Shown here: positions 30,467 to 39,458 of the stretch, piece by piece
Position numbering within the stretch: the stretch's first letter is position 1
Layout: every line of letters begins with the position of its first letter
DNA from: Bacteroidota bacterium
Lineage (GTDB): Bacteria > Bacteroidota > Bacteroidia > Flavobacteriales_F > PHOS-HE28
NCBI GenBank assembly: GCA_029573495.1
Contig: JAKQEI010000087.1
Span: forward strand, 59,586-123,585
DNA length: 64,000 nucleotides
Direction: 5' to 3'
Position numbers and translations under genes: made by a program
Notes under the pieces: generated by a model
What the model saw: only the letters and a program-made list of their open reading frames with translations
Told to the model about the DNA's origin: nothing
Databases searched by the model: none

Positions 30467-31905
30467 GTCTTCGCCAGTCGGCTGATCCGGACCTGCTCCA
30501 TCCAGGTCACCGGCACGTAATAGAGCGTGGACAATATTCGTTGTGCCGCGAAGTGCTGGCCCTTGATCGCATTCCTCAAGGCCTCCAACCCCTGCTTGCG
30601 ACGGTACCGCTTGTGCACGTATCGATGCAATCGCTTGTAGTAGGCGGGACGCTGGCGGTTCTGGAACATCATGGCCAGATCGTCGCTATCGGTCCAGTTG
30701 GACTTGTCCACCAGGTCGGCCTTCACCTTCTCGTAAAAGAGCGTTCCTGGAAGGGGGTAGGAGATGGAGACGCCGATGTCATCCGGCATCAGTTCCTCCA
30801 CCATCGCGATGGTATCGTGTACGTCGGCTTCAGTCTCTCCCAAATAGCCGAACTGCAGGAAGAAGCCAACGCGCACACCCTTGGACCGCAACAGTCTCGT
30901 GGCCTCGGCGATCTGTTCCACCGTGGTGCCCTTGTCCATGGCATCGAGGATGCGCTGGCTGCCGCTCTCAGCGCCCACCCACACCTCCTCCAGACCACTG
31001 GCCACGAGCGCGTCGATGGTATCTGCCTCCAACAGCAGGTCCACCCGGCTCTGGATCTTGTAAGGGATGCGTAGCCCCTTCTCCTGAAGCAGGTCGCGGA
31101 AACGTTGGACCCAACCCGGCTTCAGCCCGAAGATGTCATCAGCGAACCAGATGTGATCGGGTCGGTGGACCAGCAAAGCCTCCAGCTCGCGCACCACATG
31201 TTCAGGTGACCGGCTGTTGTACCGATTGCCGTAGATCGGTTTCGCGCACCAGTTGCATTTGAAGGGACAGCCCCTTGTGGTCGCCAGGTTGAGGGAGAAC
31301 CGGCCATGTGCCTCCCGCCATATCCTTCGGTATGGTTCCAGATCGATCAGGTCCCAGGCGGGCAACGGCAGGGCATCGAGGTCCCGCATGACCGGCCGTT
31401 TCGCGGTGTTTTGGACGTTTCCGTTCTCCAGGAAGGCGATGCCCGGCACGTCGCCAGGCGTCCCATCGTTCCTCCAGCGATCGATGACATCCAGAAGACC
31501 GGGCTCCCCTTCACCCAGCAGCACCACATCCGCGCCGGCGCGCAGGTAGACCTCCGCATGGTCCGTGGCGTCGGAACTGTTCACGACCACACGGCAACCC
31601 GAACCCTTGGCTATTCCGATCATTCGGAACATGGCCTCCCGCATCACCGTGAGGCACATCTTCGTCAGGTAGTTGAACCCGTCGTCGAAGAACACCACCA
31701 CTTCCGGTCGATGCTTCTCGATTGCTGCTTGGAGCGGTTCAGGACCGGGCAATAGGCCGGTGTCGAAGACATTGACCGTGTGACCGGCCTGGCGCAGGAC
31801 CGCCGCCGCGAGCAGGGTGCCCATCGGTGGATAGGGTCTGGCATCGGCCCACTGCTTCGGGTCGAGGCGGTAGAAATAGCCGTGCGTGACAAGAACACCC
31901 GCCAT
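30463..31905 (-). CDS. B12-binding domain-containing radical SAM protein
   Basis: N-terminal cobalamin-binding-like Rossmann region. Radical SAM cluster motif CPFKCNWC (CxxxCxxC). 480 aa, typical of class B radical SAM methylases. Confidence 0.85.
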   Translation of the reverse strand: MAGVLVTHGYFYRLDPKQWADARPYPPMGTLLAAAVLRQAGHTVNVFDTGLLPGPEPLQAAIEKHRPEVVVFFDDGFNYLTKMCLTVMREAMFRMIGIAKGSGCRVVVNSSDATDHAEVYLRAGADVVLLGEGEPGLLDVIDRWRNDGTPGDVPGIAFLENGNVQNTAKRPVMRDLDALPLPAWDLIDLEPYRRIWREAHGRFSLNLATTRGCPFKCNWCAKPIYGNRYNSRSPEHVVRELEALLVHRPDHIWFADDIFGLKPGWVQRFRDLLQEKGLRIPYKIQSRVDLLLEADTIDALVASGLEEVWVGAESGSQRILDAMDKGTTVEQIAEATRLLRSKGVRVGFFLQFGYLGETEADVHDTIAMVEELMPDDIGVSISYPLPGTLFYEKVKADLVDKSNWTDSDDLAMMFQNRQRPAYYKRLHRYVHKRYRRKQGLEALRNAIKGQHFAAQRILSTLYYVPVTWMEQVRISRLAKT

Positions 31906-31908
31906 GGC

Positions 31909-32874
31909 TCAGCTTCTGCTCGGGGCCACTCGCTCCTCCAGTTCCGCCATGCGCGCATGGAAGCCATCAAGGACCCGCTCCTGGAAGTTCCTCGGATGAT
32001 GCTTGCTCACATAGGTCCGCGTGCGCAAGGCCAGTTCGAAGGTGCGCGCATCGAGATGGCCGAACTTCCGTTTCCAGAATCGCCAGGTAAGGTTCATGGC
32101 GCCCTGGTCCAGCATGGCTCCAAGGCGCCCGTTCATCAGGAGTTCCAGACGACGTTTGAACCGACCGCTTCCGATGCTGATCTCCCTGCTTCTCGGTCGC
32201 GGTACGTTCGGGTACATGTGGAAGGCCCAGGCGTTACGTGCGAAGAAGGCTTCCGTGGTGCCATTACCGTACATCGGGATCAGCGTCACCACCTCCGTGG
32301 CGGTGAAACGGTTCCGGTCCTCCACCTCCAGATGCTCGGAATCCAGGAAATAGTTCAAGCAGAAGTCGCGACGGCTGTTCAACAGGAAGATCTTCTTGTA
32401 CAGGATAAGGAGTGTCCTGGCGACCCATAATCTTCCCGGTGTCGTCACCACGAAGAAGTCGATATCACCGTCCTCGGCCAGGACGCCTTTGCTGAGGCTG
32501 CCACTGATGAAGACGGCTCGGACGAACGGAAAGCAGGCGATCCGGCGGGCCATGACAGTGGCCTTCGGCATGCGCGAACGGGCACGGCGTTCGCTCTCAA
32601 GGCGCCGGTCAGTGCGCTCTTCCACCTGCTTCAAAGCCCAATAGGCTCCGGAACGCTCGATCAGACCCCGCTCCTGAAGACCGCCGAGCAGGGCGATGAT
32701 GCGCGACGGGTCCTTGGTGAGCTGCGACAGGTAACGGATGATCTCGTCACTGCGCAATGGATGGGAGAACACGTCGAAGTATCCGAGCACGCGCAACACG
32801 GCCAGTTCAACGGAACGATCTTCCGGGGTGCCGCGCTCAGGAGGAGAGAGGGGAGGGGCGGGTCTGCTGTCCAT
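31909..32874 (-). CDS. Nucleotidyltransferase-fold (Pol-beta superfamily-like) protein with N-terminal wHTH-like region
   Basis: GSLSKGVLAEDGDIDFFVV matches hG[GS]x9-13DhD minimal NTase motif. First gene of 4-gene cassette, 3 nt from radical SAM start. Confidence 0.5.
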   Translation of the reverse strand: MDSRPAPPLSPPERGTPEDRSVELAVLRVLGYFDVFSHPLRSDEIIRYLSQLTKDPSRIIALLGGLQERGLIERSGAYWALKQVEERTDRRLESERRARSRMPKATVMARRIACFPFVRAVFISGSLSKGVLAEDGDIDFFVVTTPGRLWVARTLLILYKKIFLLNSRRDFCLNYFLDSEHLEVEDRNRFTATEVVTLIPMYGNGTTEAFFARNAWAFHMYPNVPRPRSREISIGSGRFKRRLELLMNGRLGAMLDQGAMNLTWRFWKRKFGHLDARTFELALRTRTYVSKHHPRNFQERVLDGFHARMAELEERVAPSRS

Positions 32875-32976
32875 TGCCTTGGTGACGGATCAGGCCTCCT
32901 GATCGTGGTCCGAAGGGGCTGTGTTCTACCTGGAAAGGCGATGAAACGGGATGAACGACCGACGGAACGGGAGCAG

Positions 32977-33417
32977 CTACTCCTCCGAGGCCATGTACAT
33001 CTTCTTGATCCGCATCAACGGACCGGGGCAATGGCTGCCATGACAGTTCGCGCAGCTTTGCACCAGCGCATTGTACGCTTGCTGTCGCTTCGCAGGCTGC
33101 ACCTTGTACAACTCATCGAGCTTCAATTGATAGTCCTTCGCGAAGGTCGGGAAGGTGATCGGGTCGATGTGCATCCCCGGGGTCGGCTCGGCCTTTAACA
33201 GACCTTTGAATTCCTTCGGATAGGAGGGCAATCCATCACCACGGGATAACGCCGCTTTCACGGAGTCCGCATGGGCGGCCATCTGACGCATCATCAGGGC
33301 GAGCTCACTCGGAGGCGCGAGTTCTTGATCCACTTCCACTGCAGGGGGATCAGCGCTGATGAAGCAGCCGGCCAGCGCGGCCAATAGAAGGAAAAGGTGG
33401 GTGTTCAAGGCCATCAT
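32977..33417 (-). CDS. Small c-type cytochrome-like lipoprotein (single CxxCH)
   Basis: Signal peptide and lipobox LAGC. Heme-binding motif CANCH near C-terminus. Confidence 0.55.
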   Translation of the reverse strand: MMALNTHLFLLLAALAGCFISADPPAVEVDQELAPPSELALMMRQMAAHADSVKAALSRGDGLPSYPKEFKGLLKAEPTPGMHIDPITFPTFAKDYQLKLDELYKVQPAKRQQAYNALVQSCANCHGSHCPGPLMRIKKMYMASEE

Positions 33418-33480
33418 GCGTGCAAAGTAACCAGCCCTGACACAATGGCCGTGCCGGATCTAGGGTCCGATCTTTGACCG

Positions 33481-34236
33481 ATGCACTCCATGCAGGCGAT
33501 CGATCCAGCAAGGCCCGGCCAGAACGAGCGCAAGCTTGGAACATCGGCCGTCCTTCCTGCGATCATCGCACTGGCCTTGTGGTGCGTGTATCTATTGGAC
33601 CAGGGACTCCACCTGGATCTCTATCAACACGGGATCTACCCGCGGACCCTGCAAGGTCTGCCCGGTGTCCTGTTCTCTCCCTTCATCCATGGCGACACCG
33701 AGCATGTGCTGAACAACTCCATCCCGGTCGTTGTGCTTGGTACCGCGCTCATGTACTTCTTTCCGCAACTCGCTGGCCGCGTACTCCTCTATTCCTGGCT
33801 GGTGAGCGGGCTCGGGGTATGGCTCAGTGCGCGTGCCAGCTATCACATCGGTGCCAGTGGTATCGTTTATGGTCTTGCCGCATTCCTCTTCACCACCGGC
33901 GTCCTTCGCAAACAGCGCATGCTCATGGGCCTGTCGCTCCTCGTGGTCTTCCTGTACGGAAGCATGCTCTGGGGAGTGGTACCGCTCTTCCCGAAGATCA
34001 GCTGGGAGAGCCATTTCTGGGGGGCGGCAGCGGGGGTGGTCATGGCCTTCGCCTATCGCAACATTCCATCCGTTGTGCGTGATCCTCGAGAGGTCGTCTG
34101 GCCCGAGGAGGAAGAGGAGGATGGGATGGCCGATGGGGCTGTTGATCCCGCGGAGGCTGACGAACAGGGCGCCAGCTCGTGGCGGACGAGCCACAGTTGG
34201 CTGCGATTTGATCCCAAGGATCAGGAGACCCGGTGA
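33481..34236 (+). CDS. Rhomboid-family intramembrane serine protease
   Basis: 6 TM profile, GxSG motif (GASGIVYG), downstream His in TM6. Acidic C-terminal tail. Confidence 0.75.
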   Translation: MHSMQAIDPARPGQNERKLGTSAVLPAIIALALWCVYLLDQGLHLDLYQHGIYPRTLQGLPGVLFSPFIHGDTEHVLNNSIPVVVLGTALMYFFPQLAGRVLLYSWLVSGLGVWLSARASYHIGASGIVYGLAAFLFTTGVLRKQRMLMGLSLLVVFLYGSMLWGVVPLFPKISWESHFWGAAAGVVMAFAYRNIPSVVRDPREVVWPEEEEEDGMADGAVDPAEADEQGASSWRTSHSWLRFDPKDQETR

Positions 34237-34248
34237 TTCGATAAAGCC

Positions 34249-34677
34249 TTACTCGCTCTTCAAAGTCGCAAGTTCCTGTTCACCACCCATCAGCTTCAAC
34301 AGGCCACCGTCCAGCTTGAAGCCGTCGACACGCTTCAACGCGCCCAGGAAGGCGGTCTCCGTGGCCATCGTGTTGGCGCAATACTTCTTGGTGGAGCCCA
34401 CACCACCAGGGAAGGACAGCTTGTCGCCCTCCAAGGCGAAGGAGCCCATCAACTGATTGCAGCCGCCATGTCCCTCCAAGGAGTTGCCGTCCTTCATGAA
34501 CCTTAACCACGGGGCGGGCTCTCCGTCCGGCATGCTGATCGCGTTCTCACCCAGGGACTGCAACACCCACTTGGTGTCCAGCACCTTGGCCATGCCCGCC
34601 GCACCGGCCTGCTCCGAGTTGCACTTCTCAGCGCTCAAGGTGACGAAGAGGAGGGAGGCGAGCAGGATCCGTTGCAT
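34249..34677 (-). CDS. META domain (HslJ-like) lipoprotein
   Basis: Signal peptide. META/DUF306 pattern (WVLQSL ... GGCNQLMGSFALEGDKLSF). Confidence 0.65.
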   Translation of the reverse strand: MQRILLASLLFVTLSAEKCNSEQAGAAGMAKVLDTKWVLQSLGENAISMPDGEPAPWLRFMKDGNSLEGHGGCNQLMGSFALEGDKLSFPGGVGSTKKYCANTMATETAFLGALKRVDGFKLDGGLLKLMGGEQELATLKSE

Positions 34678-34681
34678 GGCA

Positions 34682-35803
34682 TCAGTTGTTCAGCATCACC
34701 GGCATCACCAGCATCAGCACATCCTCTCCGGCCTCACCTGGTTCACCAGGCAGGAGGATGCCGGCCCGGTTCGGGGCGCTCATCTCCAGCACCACGTGCT
34801 CCGCGCTGATGTTGTTGAGCATATCCATCAGGAAGCGCGAGTTGAAGCCGATGGTGATCTCGTCGCCCTCGTAGGAGCAGGTGAGCTTCTCGTTCGCCTC
34901 GTTGGCGAAGTCGAGGTCCTCGGCGCTTACGGCGAGTTGGCTGCCATTGATGTGCAGGCGCACCTGGTGGGTGGTCTTGTTCGCGAAGATGGACACCCGA
35001 CGGATCGAGCTCAGGAAGGCCGCGCGGTCGATGGTGAGCTTGTTCGGGTTGGTCTTCGGGATCACCGCCTCGTAGTTCGGGTACTTCCCGTCGATCAGGC
35101 GGCATACGAGCAGCGTGTTGTCGAAGCGGAAGGCGGCATTGTTCTCGTTGAACTCGATGGTCACCTCGGCGTTGGTCCCCGCCAGCGTGTTCTTCAGCAG
35201 GTTCAATGGCTTCTTGGGAACGATGAAGGAGGCGGCTTTCGGTGCCTGCAGGTCGGTGCGCTTGTACCGCACCAGCTTGTGCGCATCCGTGGCTACGAAG
35301 CGCACATCATCCTCGGCGAATTCGAACAGGATGCCGCTCATCACCGGGCGCAGGTCATCATTGCCGGTGGCGAAGATGGTCTTGTTGATGGCCGTGGCCA
35401 GCGTGCCGGCCGGAAGGCTCATCTTGGCGGCGTCCTCCAATTGAGGGCTCCGCGGGAACTCAGTCCCATTGAAGCCCGTCATCTTGTACTTGCCTTGATC
35501 GCTGTTGATCTCCACACCGAAATGCTTGGCATCGATGCTGAACGTGAGCGGCTGTTCCGGGAAGGCCTTCAACGTGTCCAGCAGCAGACGGGCCGGTATG
35601 GCCACCGTGCCTTTGTCCTTGGCCTCCACGGCCAGCGAGGCGGTGATCGTGGTTTCCAGGTCACTGGCGGTCACGGTCAGTTGTTTTCCGTCGATCTCGA
35701 ATAGGAAGTTGTCCAGGATCGGAAGCGTATTGCTGCTGGCGAGCACGCCTTGGAGAAGCTGCAGTTGCTTGAGCAGGGCGGTGCTGGAAACGATGAATTT
35801 CAT
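34682..35803 (-). CDS. dnaN: DNA polymerase III subunit beta (sliding clamp)
   Basis: Three-domain clamp sequence. In-frame ATG MKFIVSS at 35803. Confidence 0.9.
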   Translation of the reverse strand: MKFIVSSTALLKQLQLLQGVLASSNTLPILDNFLFEIDGKQLTVTASDLETTITASLAVEAKDKGTVAIPARLLLDTLKAFPEQPLTFSIDAKHFGVEINSDQGKYKMTGFNGTEFPRSPQLEDAAKMSLPAGTLATAINKTIFATGNDDLRPVMSGILFEFAEDDVRFVATDAHKLVRYKRTDLQAPKAASFIVPKKPLNLLKNTLAGTNAEVTIEFNENNAAFRFDNTLLVCRLIDGKYPNYEAVIPKTNPNKLTIDRAAFLSSIRRVSIFANKTTHQVRLHINGSQLAVSAEDLDFANEANEKLTCSYEGDEITIGFNSRFLMDMLNNISAEHVVLEMSAPNRAGILLPGEPGEAGEDVLMLVMPVMLNN

Positions 35804-35910
35804 CGGTGGATGAAGGCGTTTTTTGAAGTGGGCCAAAGTTAGCCGGGGCCATTTCCGGCTTCGGGCACACTTATCAACAGCCAGGCCGGGTTATCCACAG
35901 CCCCAGGGGC

Positions 35911-36924
35911 TCAAGGCCTGAAGGCCCTGATGGGCTGGAAGAGCCGTTCGAAGGCCGGACGTTGCATCTGAACGTGCAGCGTGTCCTGGATCAGCGCGTC
36001 CATGTACGTCGGGTCATACAGGGGACGCGGCATGCCGAAGGGAGGTTCCTCGCCCTTGTACGCCCGGAACCAGAAGCGTCCGCTCGTGGTCGTGCCATCG
36101 CGTTGGGTGATGCTCATGATCAGGTTCGGGGTCGTCCTCAACAGCGAGTCGCGCTTCGCCGGTTCCCAGCGTTCGATCTTCTCGAAGTTGGTCTGCTTCA
36201 GCGGGAGGATGGCACCGTGCACCAGCACGGTATCGAAGGGGACCGGGCGCCCGAGGTGGTCCTTCAGGGAGAACCGACCGTCCTCACCCTGCTCGATCTG
36301 GTAACCGTTCGCCGGGGCGGCCGGCATCTCCACTTTCACCGAGGCGATGTCACGCATGTCCGCCACATGGAAGAAGTCCGAACTGCGGAAGTGGTCCAGG
36401 TCCGTGTGGAAGCGGGTGGTGAGAATGCCTGTGAATCCGCCCATGCCCATGATGAAGGGAGCGTTGCTGCGACCGATCCCCGGTTTCTCGAGCAGCATGA
36501 AGGTGCCGAAGTGATCCTGCGTGCCATGGCCCACGATCCAGATCTTGGATGGCTTGTCCCCACCCTCGTAGATCTCCACGCGCTTGGCGGTGGCGGCCAT
36601 CACGCGCAGGGTCTTCGGCTGCAACGACTTCGGCACCGGACTCTTCACCTCGATCCGCTTGAAGGTCTTCAGCAACAGGTCCACCTCGTGCTGCTTGGCC
36701 ATGAACACGTCGTTCAAGCGCCAGCCTTCCTTGGTCCGCCGAAGGTCCACGGTGGTTCCGCCCTTGGTGTCCGCTATGAAGATGCGGGTGACCCCGGCCG
36801 TATCCGGCACGGCGAAGTCGCTCAAGGGCCGGTCCAGGGTGGTGGGGGCATCGTTGCGCATGAGCCACCAGGCAGCAGCACCCAGGACGATCACGACAAG
36901 AAGCAGGAGGACGCGGCGGTTCAT
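35911..36924 (-). CDS. DUF4340 domain protein (GldG-associated)
   Basis: N-terminal TM anchor. Positioned immediately downstream of GldG-like gene with 4-bp overlap, the typical arrangement. Confidence 0.65.
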   Translation of the reverse strand: MNRRVLLLLVVIVLGAAAWWLMRNDAPTTLDRPLSDFAVPDTAGVTRIFIADTKGGTTVDLRRTKEGWRLNDVFMAKQHEVDLLLKTFKRIEVKSPVPKSLQPKTLRVMAATAKRVEIYEGGDKPSKIWIVGHGTQDHFGTFMLLEKPGIGRSNAPFIMGMGGFTGILTTRFHTDLDHFRSSDFFHVADMRDIASVKVEMPAAPANGYQIEQGEDGRFSLKDHLGRPVPFDTVLVHGAILPLKQTNFEKIERWEPAKRDSLLRTTPNLIMSITQRDGTTTSGRFWFRAYKGEEPPFGMPRPLYDPTYMDALIQDTLHVQMQRPAFERLFQPIRAFRP

Positions 36925-38651
36925 GTGTTGCGAAGGGCTTGGCGCCGACGCCAGGCCTGGAACGCCAGACCGAGCAGCACGGCGATGATCACCGGCAGGG
37001 CGGTGTTGAACAACTGCCAGCGCGACCGGTCCACCACGATGCGTTCCGGGTCCAGCTGGCGCAGGGTGATGGCGCGCGAGCGGATGCTGATGAGGCTGCG
37101 ATCATCGAGCAGGTAGTTCATCGCGTTCACTATGAACTCGCGGTTGCCATAGATCTTGGCGTTGGCATAGCGATCGAAGCCGAGGGTGAAGTACATGCCC
37201 TTCGCATTGTCCACGCGGTTGCCGATCACATCCCCATCGGCCACCAGGATCTGGGCCGTGTGCGCACCCTTCTCCCGGTAGCCCACGCTTGGGTCCTTGA
37301 TGAACTCACTGGGCAGCCGGTCCGAGAAGGCCGAACGGAAACGACCCTCCAGGAGCACCGCCATGGGCATGTGCGGCGTGCTCTGCCGCTCGAAAGGCGG
37401 TGGCACCTCCACGATGTTCAAGCTCACCCGCACCGGGTTGCGCTGGGCCAGGGAGGCGGGCGAACTCGTGAGCAGGATCGTCTTCTTCACGCTGTCCGTA
37501 CCAACGGTATCGATGCTGCTGGCGAAGCGGAGGTGCACCGGGTCGATGTTGCTCACGATCGGATGCGTGCTCTGCGGGATGAGCACGGGTTCGAAGAACC
37601 AGGGGAAGCGTTCAAGCTTGCGCTGATTGCCGTAGGGTTGGGTGTACAGTTCGATGGGCGCACAGCTCCGGTCCAGCACCAGGTCCTTGTTCAATCGAAC
37701 GCCGTAGTTGAAGAAGAGGTCGTCCAGACCGAGCTCGTTCGCCACGGCGATGGAGAACTGGTTCTTGCGCAGGCTGTCCAGGTTGGCGTTCATCGGATCG
37801 ATGAGCCACAAGGCCTTGCCACCGTTCATGATGAACTGATCAAGGATGTATGCACAGCGTGGGCTGAACGCGCTGTCCGGCTTCGCCACGATGATGGCGT
37901 CGTAGTCGTTCAGCCGGTAGCGCATGTCCGGCACGGTGTGGCTCAACGCATCCAGTTGCTCGTCCAGCTTCACGCGCTTCACATCATACAGTTCGTTCAA
38001 CGCGTTGGTGATGTCGGCCACCTCCATGTCGCGCAGTTCGCCGTGGCCTTCAAGGAAGGCGATCTTCGCCCGCTCGCGCTGGGTGCTCTGTCGGAAGGCG
38101 CTTGCCAGTTCGTACTCCAGGTTGTTGATCGAGCGGTTCACGATGTCCGCGTCCGGTGTGCGCAACTGGGTCTTCAGCAACTGGACCGGAACGGTCTTGT
38201 CGCGATAGGTCACCAGCGCACCCGGGAAGACGATCCGCTCGCTGAAGGATTCCTTGTCGCGCATGCGGATGCTGCTGTATTGCAGTCCTTCCTTCTGCAG
38301 CTGGTCGTAGGTCTCCTTCCGCGTCTTCTCGTCCGTGCTGGCGCTCGGGTCGATGAAGCTGTACTGCACCTTTTCCGGCTGCACCACGCGCATCTCGTCG
38401 AGCAGTTCGCGGATGGAACGGGAGAAGCGCTGCAGGTCGGCGGGCAGCTCGCCGGTGAGGTAGACCTTCACGTACACCACATCGGGCAGTTCCTCCAGCA
38501 TCTGCTTGGTGGCTGGCGTCAGCGTGTAGCGCTTCTCGTCGGTGAGGTCGGCGCGCAGGCGTGCGAAGGAGCCGATGAAGAGCACGAGGCCCACGATGGC
38601 AAGGCCCAGGAGGAGCTCGAACAGGTCGCTGGTGCGCGCGCCTCGCTTCAT
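36921..38651 (-). CDS. gldG: GldG-like ABC transporter-associated protein (gliding-motility-type auxiliary component)
   Basis: 576 aa, N- and C-terminal TM helices with large periplasmic domain. Directly downstream of GldF-like permease. Confidence 0.75.
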   Translation of the reverse strand: MKRGARTSDLFELLLGLAIVGLVLFIGSFARLRADLTDEKRYTLTPATKQMLEELPDVVYVKVYLTGELPADLQRFSRSIRELLDEMRVVQPEKVQYSFIDPSASTDEKTRKETYDQLQKEGLQYSSIRMRDKESFSERIVFPGALVTYRDKTVPVQLLKTQLRTPDADIVNRSINNLEYELASAFRQSTQRERAKIAFLEGHGELRDMEVADITNALNELYDVKRVKLDEQLDALSHTVPDMRYRLNDYDAIIVAKPDSAFSPRCAYILDQFIMNGGKALWLIDPMNANLDSLRKNQFSIAVANELGLDDLFFNYGVRLNKDLVLDRSCAPIELYTQPYGNQRKLERFPWFFEPVLIPQSTHPIVSNIDPVHLRFASSIDTVGTDSVKKTILLTSSPASLAQRNPVRVSLNIVEVPPPFERQSTPHMPMAVLLEGRFRSAFSDRLPSEFIKDPSVGYREKGAHTAQILVADGDVIGNRVDNAKGMYFTLGFDRYANAKIYGNREFIVNAMNYLLDDRSLISIRSRAITLRQLDPERIVVDRSRWQLFNTALPVIIAVLLGLAFQAWRRRQALRNT

Positions 38652-38652
38652 C

Positions 38653-39396
38653 CTACCACTTGCGGCTTTGGAGCGCGGTGCGCGTGAACAACAGGAAGAC
38701 CGTGATGGTTCCTAGGAAGTAGAGCACGTCGCGCAGGTCGATCACCCCACGGCTCAGGCTCGCGTAATGTTCCTGGATGCCGATGCGCTTGATCGGCCCT
38801 TCCAACACACCAAAGGCATCGAAGCTGGCGATCAGATCGAAGCCCAGGTAAAGGAAGAAGCACAGGAAGACCGCGATCATGAAGGCGACCACCTGGTTGT
38901 CCGTGATGGAGGAGGCGAAGACGCCGATCGCGCCGAAGCAGCACGCCAGCAGGAGCAGCCCGATGTAGGAACCGATGATCCCACCCGTATCCAAGTTCCC
39001 CCTGGGCATCGCCAGTTCATGCAAACTGTACCAGTAGACCAAGGTGGGCAGCAGGGCGAAGAGGATGAGGATGACGGCCGCGATGTATTTGGCAAGCACG
39101 AGCTGTATCTCGGTCAATGGCTTGGTCAAAAGCAGTTCGATGGTGCCGGTGCGTCGTTCTTCACTGAAGCTGCGCATGGTCACTGCCGGCACCAGGAAGA
39201 GGAAGACCCAGGGGGCGATGAAGAAGAGCGGGGCCAGGTCCGCGTAGCCGGTGTCGAGGATGTTGTTCGGGAACACCCACAGGAAGAGGCCGGTGAGCAG
39301 CAGGAAGACCACCACCACCACCTGGCCGATCAAGGAGCCCAAGAAGCCCCGTACTTCCTTCAGGATCAGAACACGCATCGCGAAAGCGGGCGCCAA
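38653..39396 (-). CDS. gldF: GldF-like ABC-2 family permease
   Basis: 6-TM ABC-2 permease profile. Alternative ATG start at 39378 (MRVLILKEV). Confidence 0.75.
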   Translation of the reverse strand: MAPAFAMRVLILKEVRGFLGSLIGQVVVVVFLLLTGLFLWVFPNNILDTGYADLAPLFFIAPWVFLFLVPAVTMRSFSEERRTGTIELLLTKPLTEIQLVLAKYIAAVILILFALLPTLVYWYSLHELAMPRGNLDTGGIIGSYIGLLLLACCFGAIGVFASSITDNQVVAFMIAVFLCFFLYLGFDLIASFDAFGVLEGPIKRIGIQEHYASLSRGVIDLRDVLYFLGTITVFLLFTRTALQSRKW

Positions 39397-39458
39397 GATA
39401 GCGGTGCCGGGTAGGAGAGGAGGTACCGTTCCCCGGAGTGCAGCCGATGCAACGCTGC

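Noticed and set aside
34457-38687. Antisense ORFs 34457..35704 +, 35962..37116 +, 36939..38687 +
   Set aside because: Opposite dnaN, DUF4340 and GldG. Translations are D/G/H/R/V-rich low complexity.
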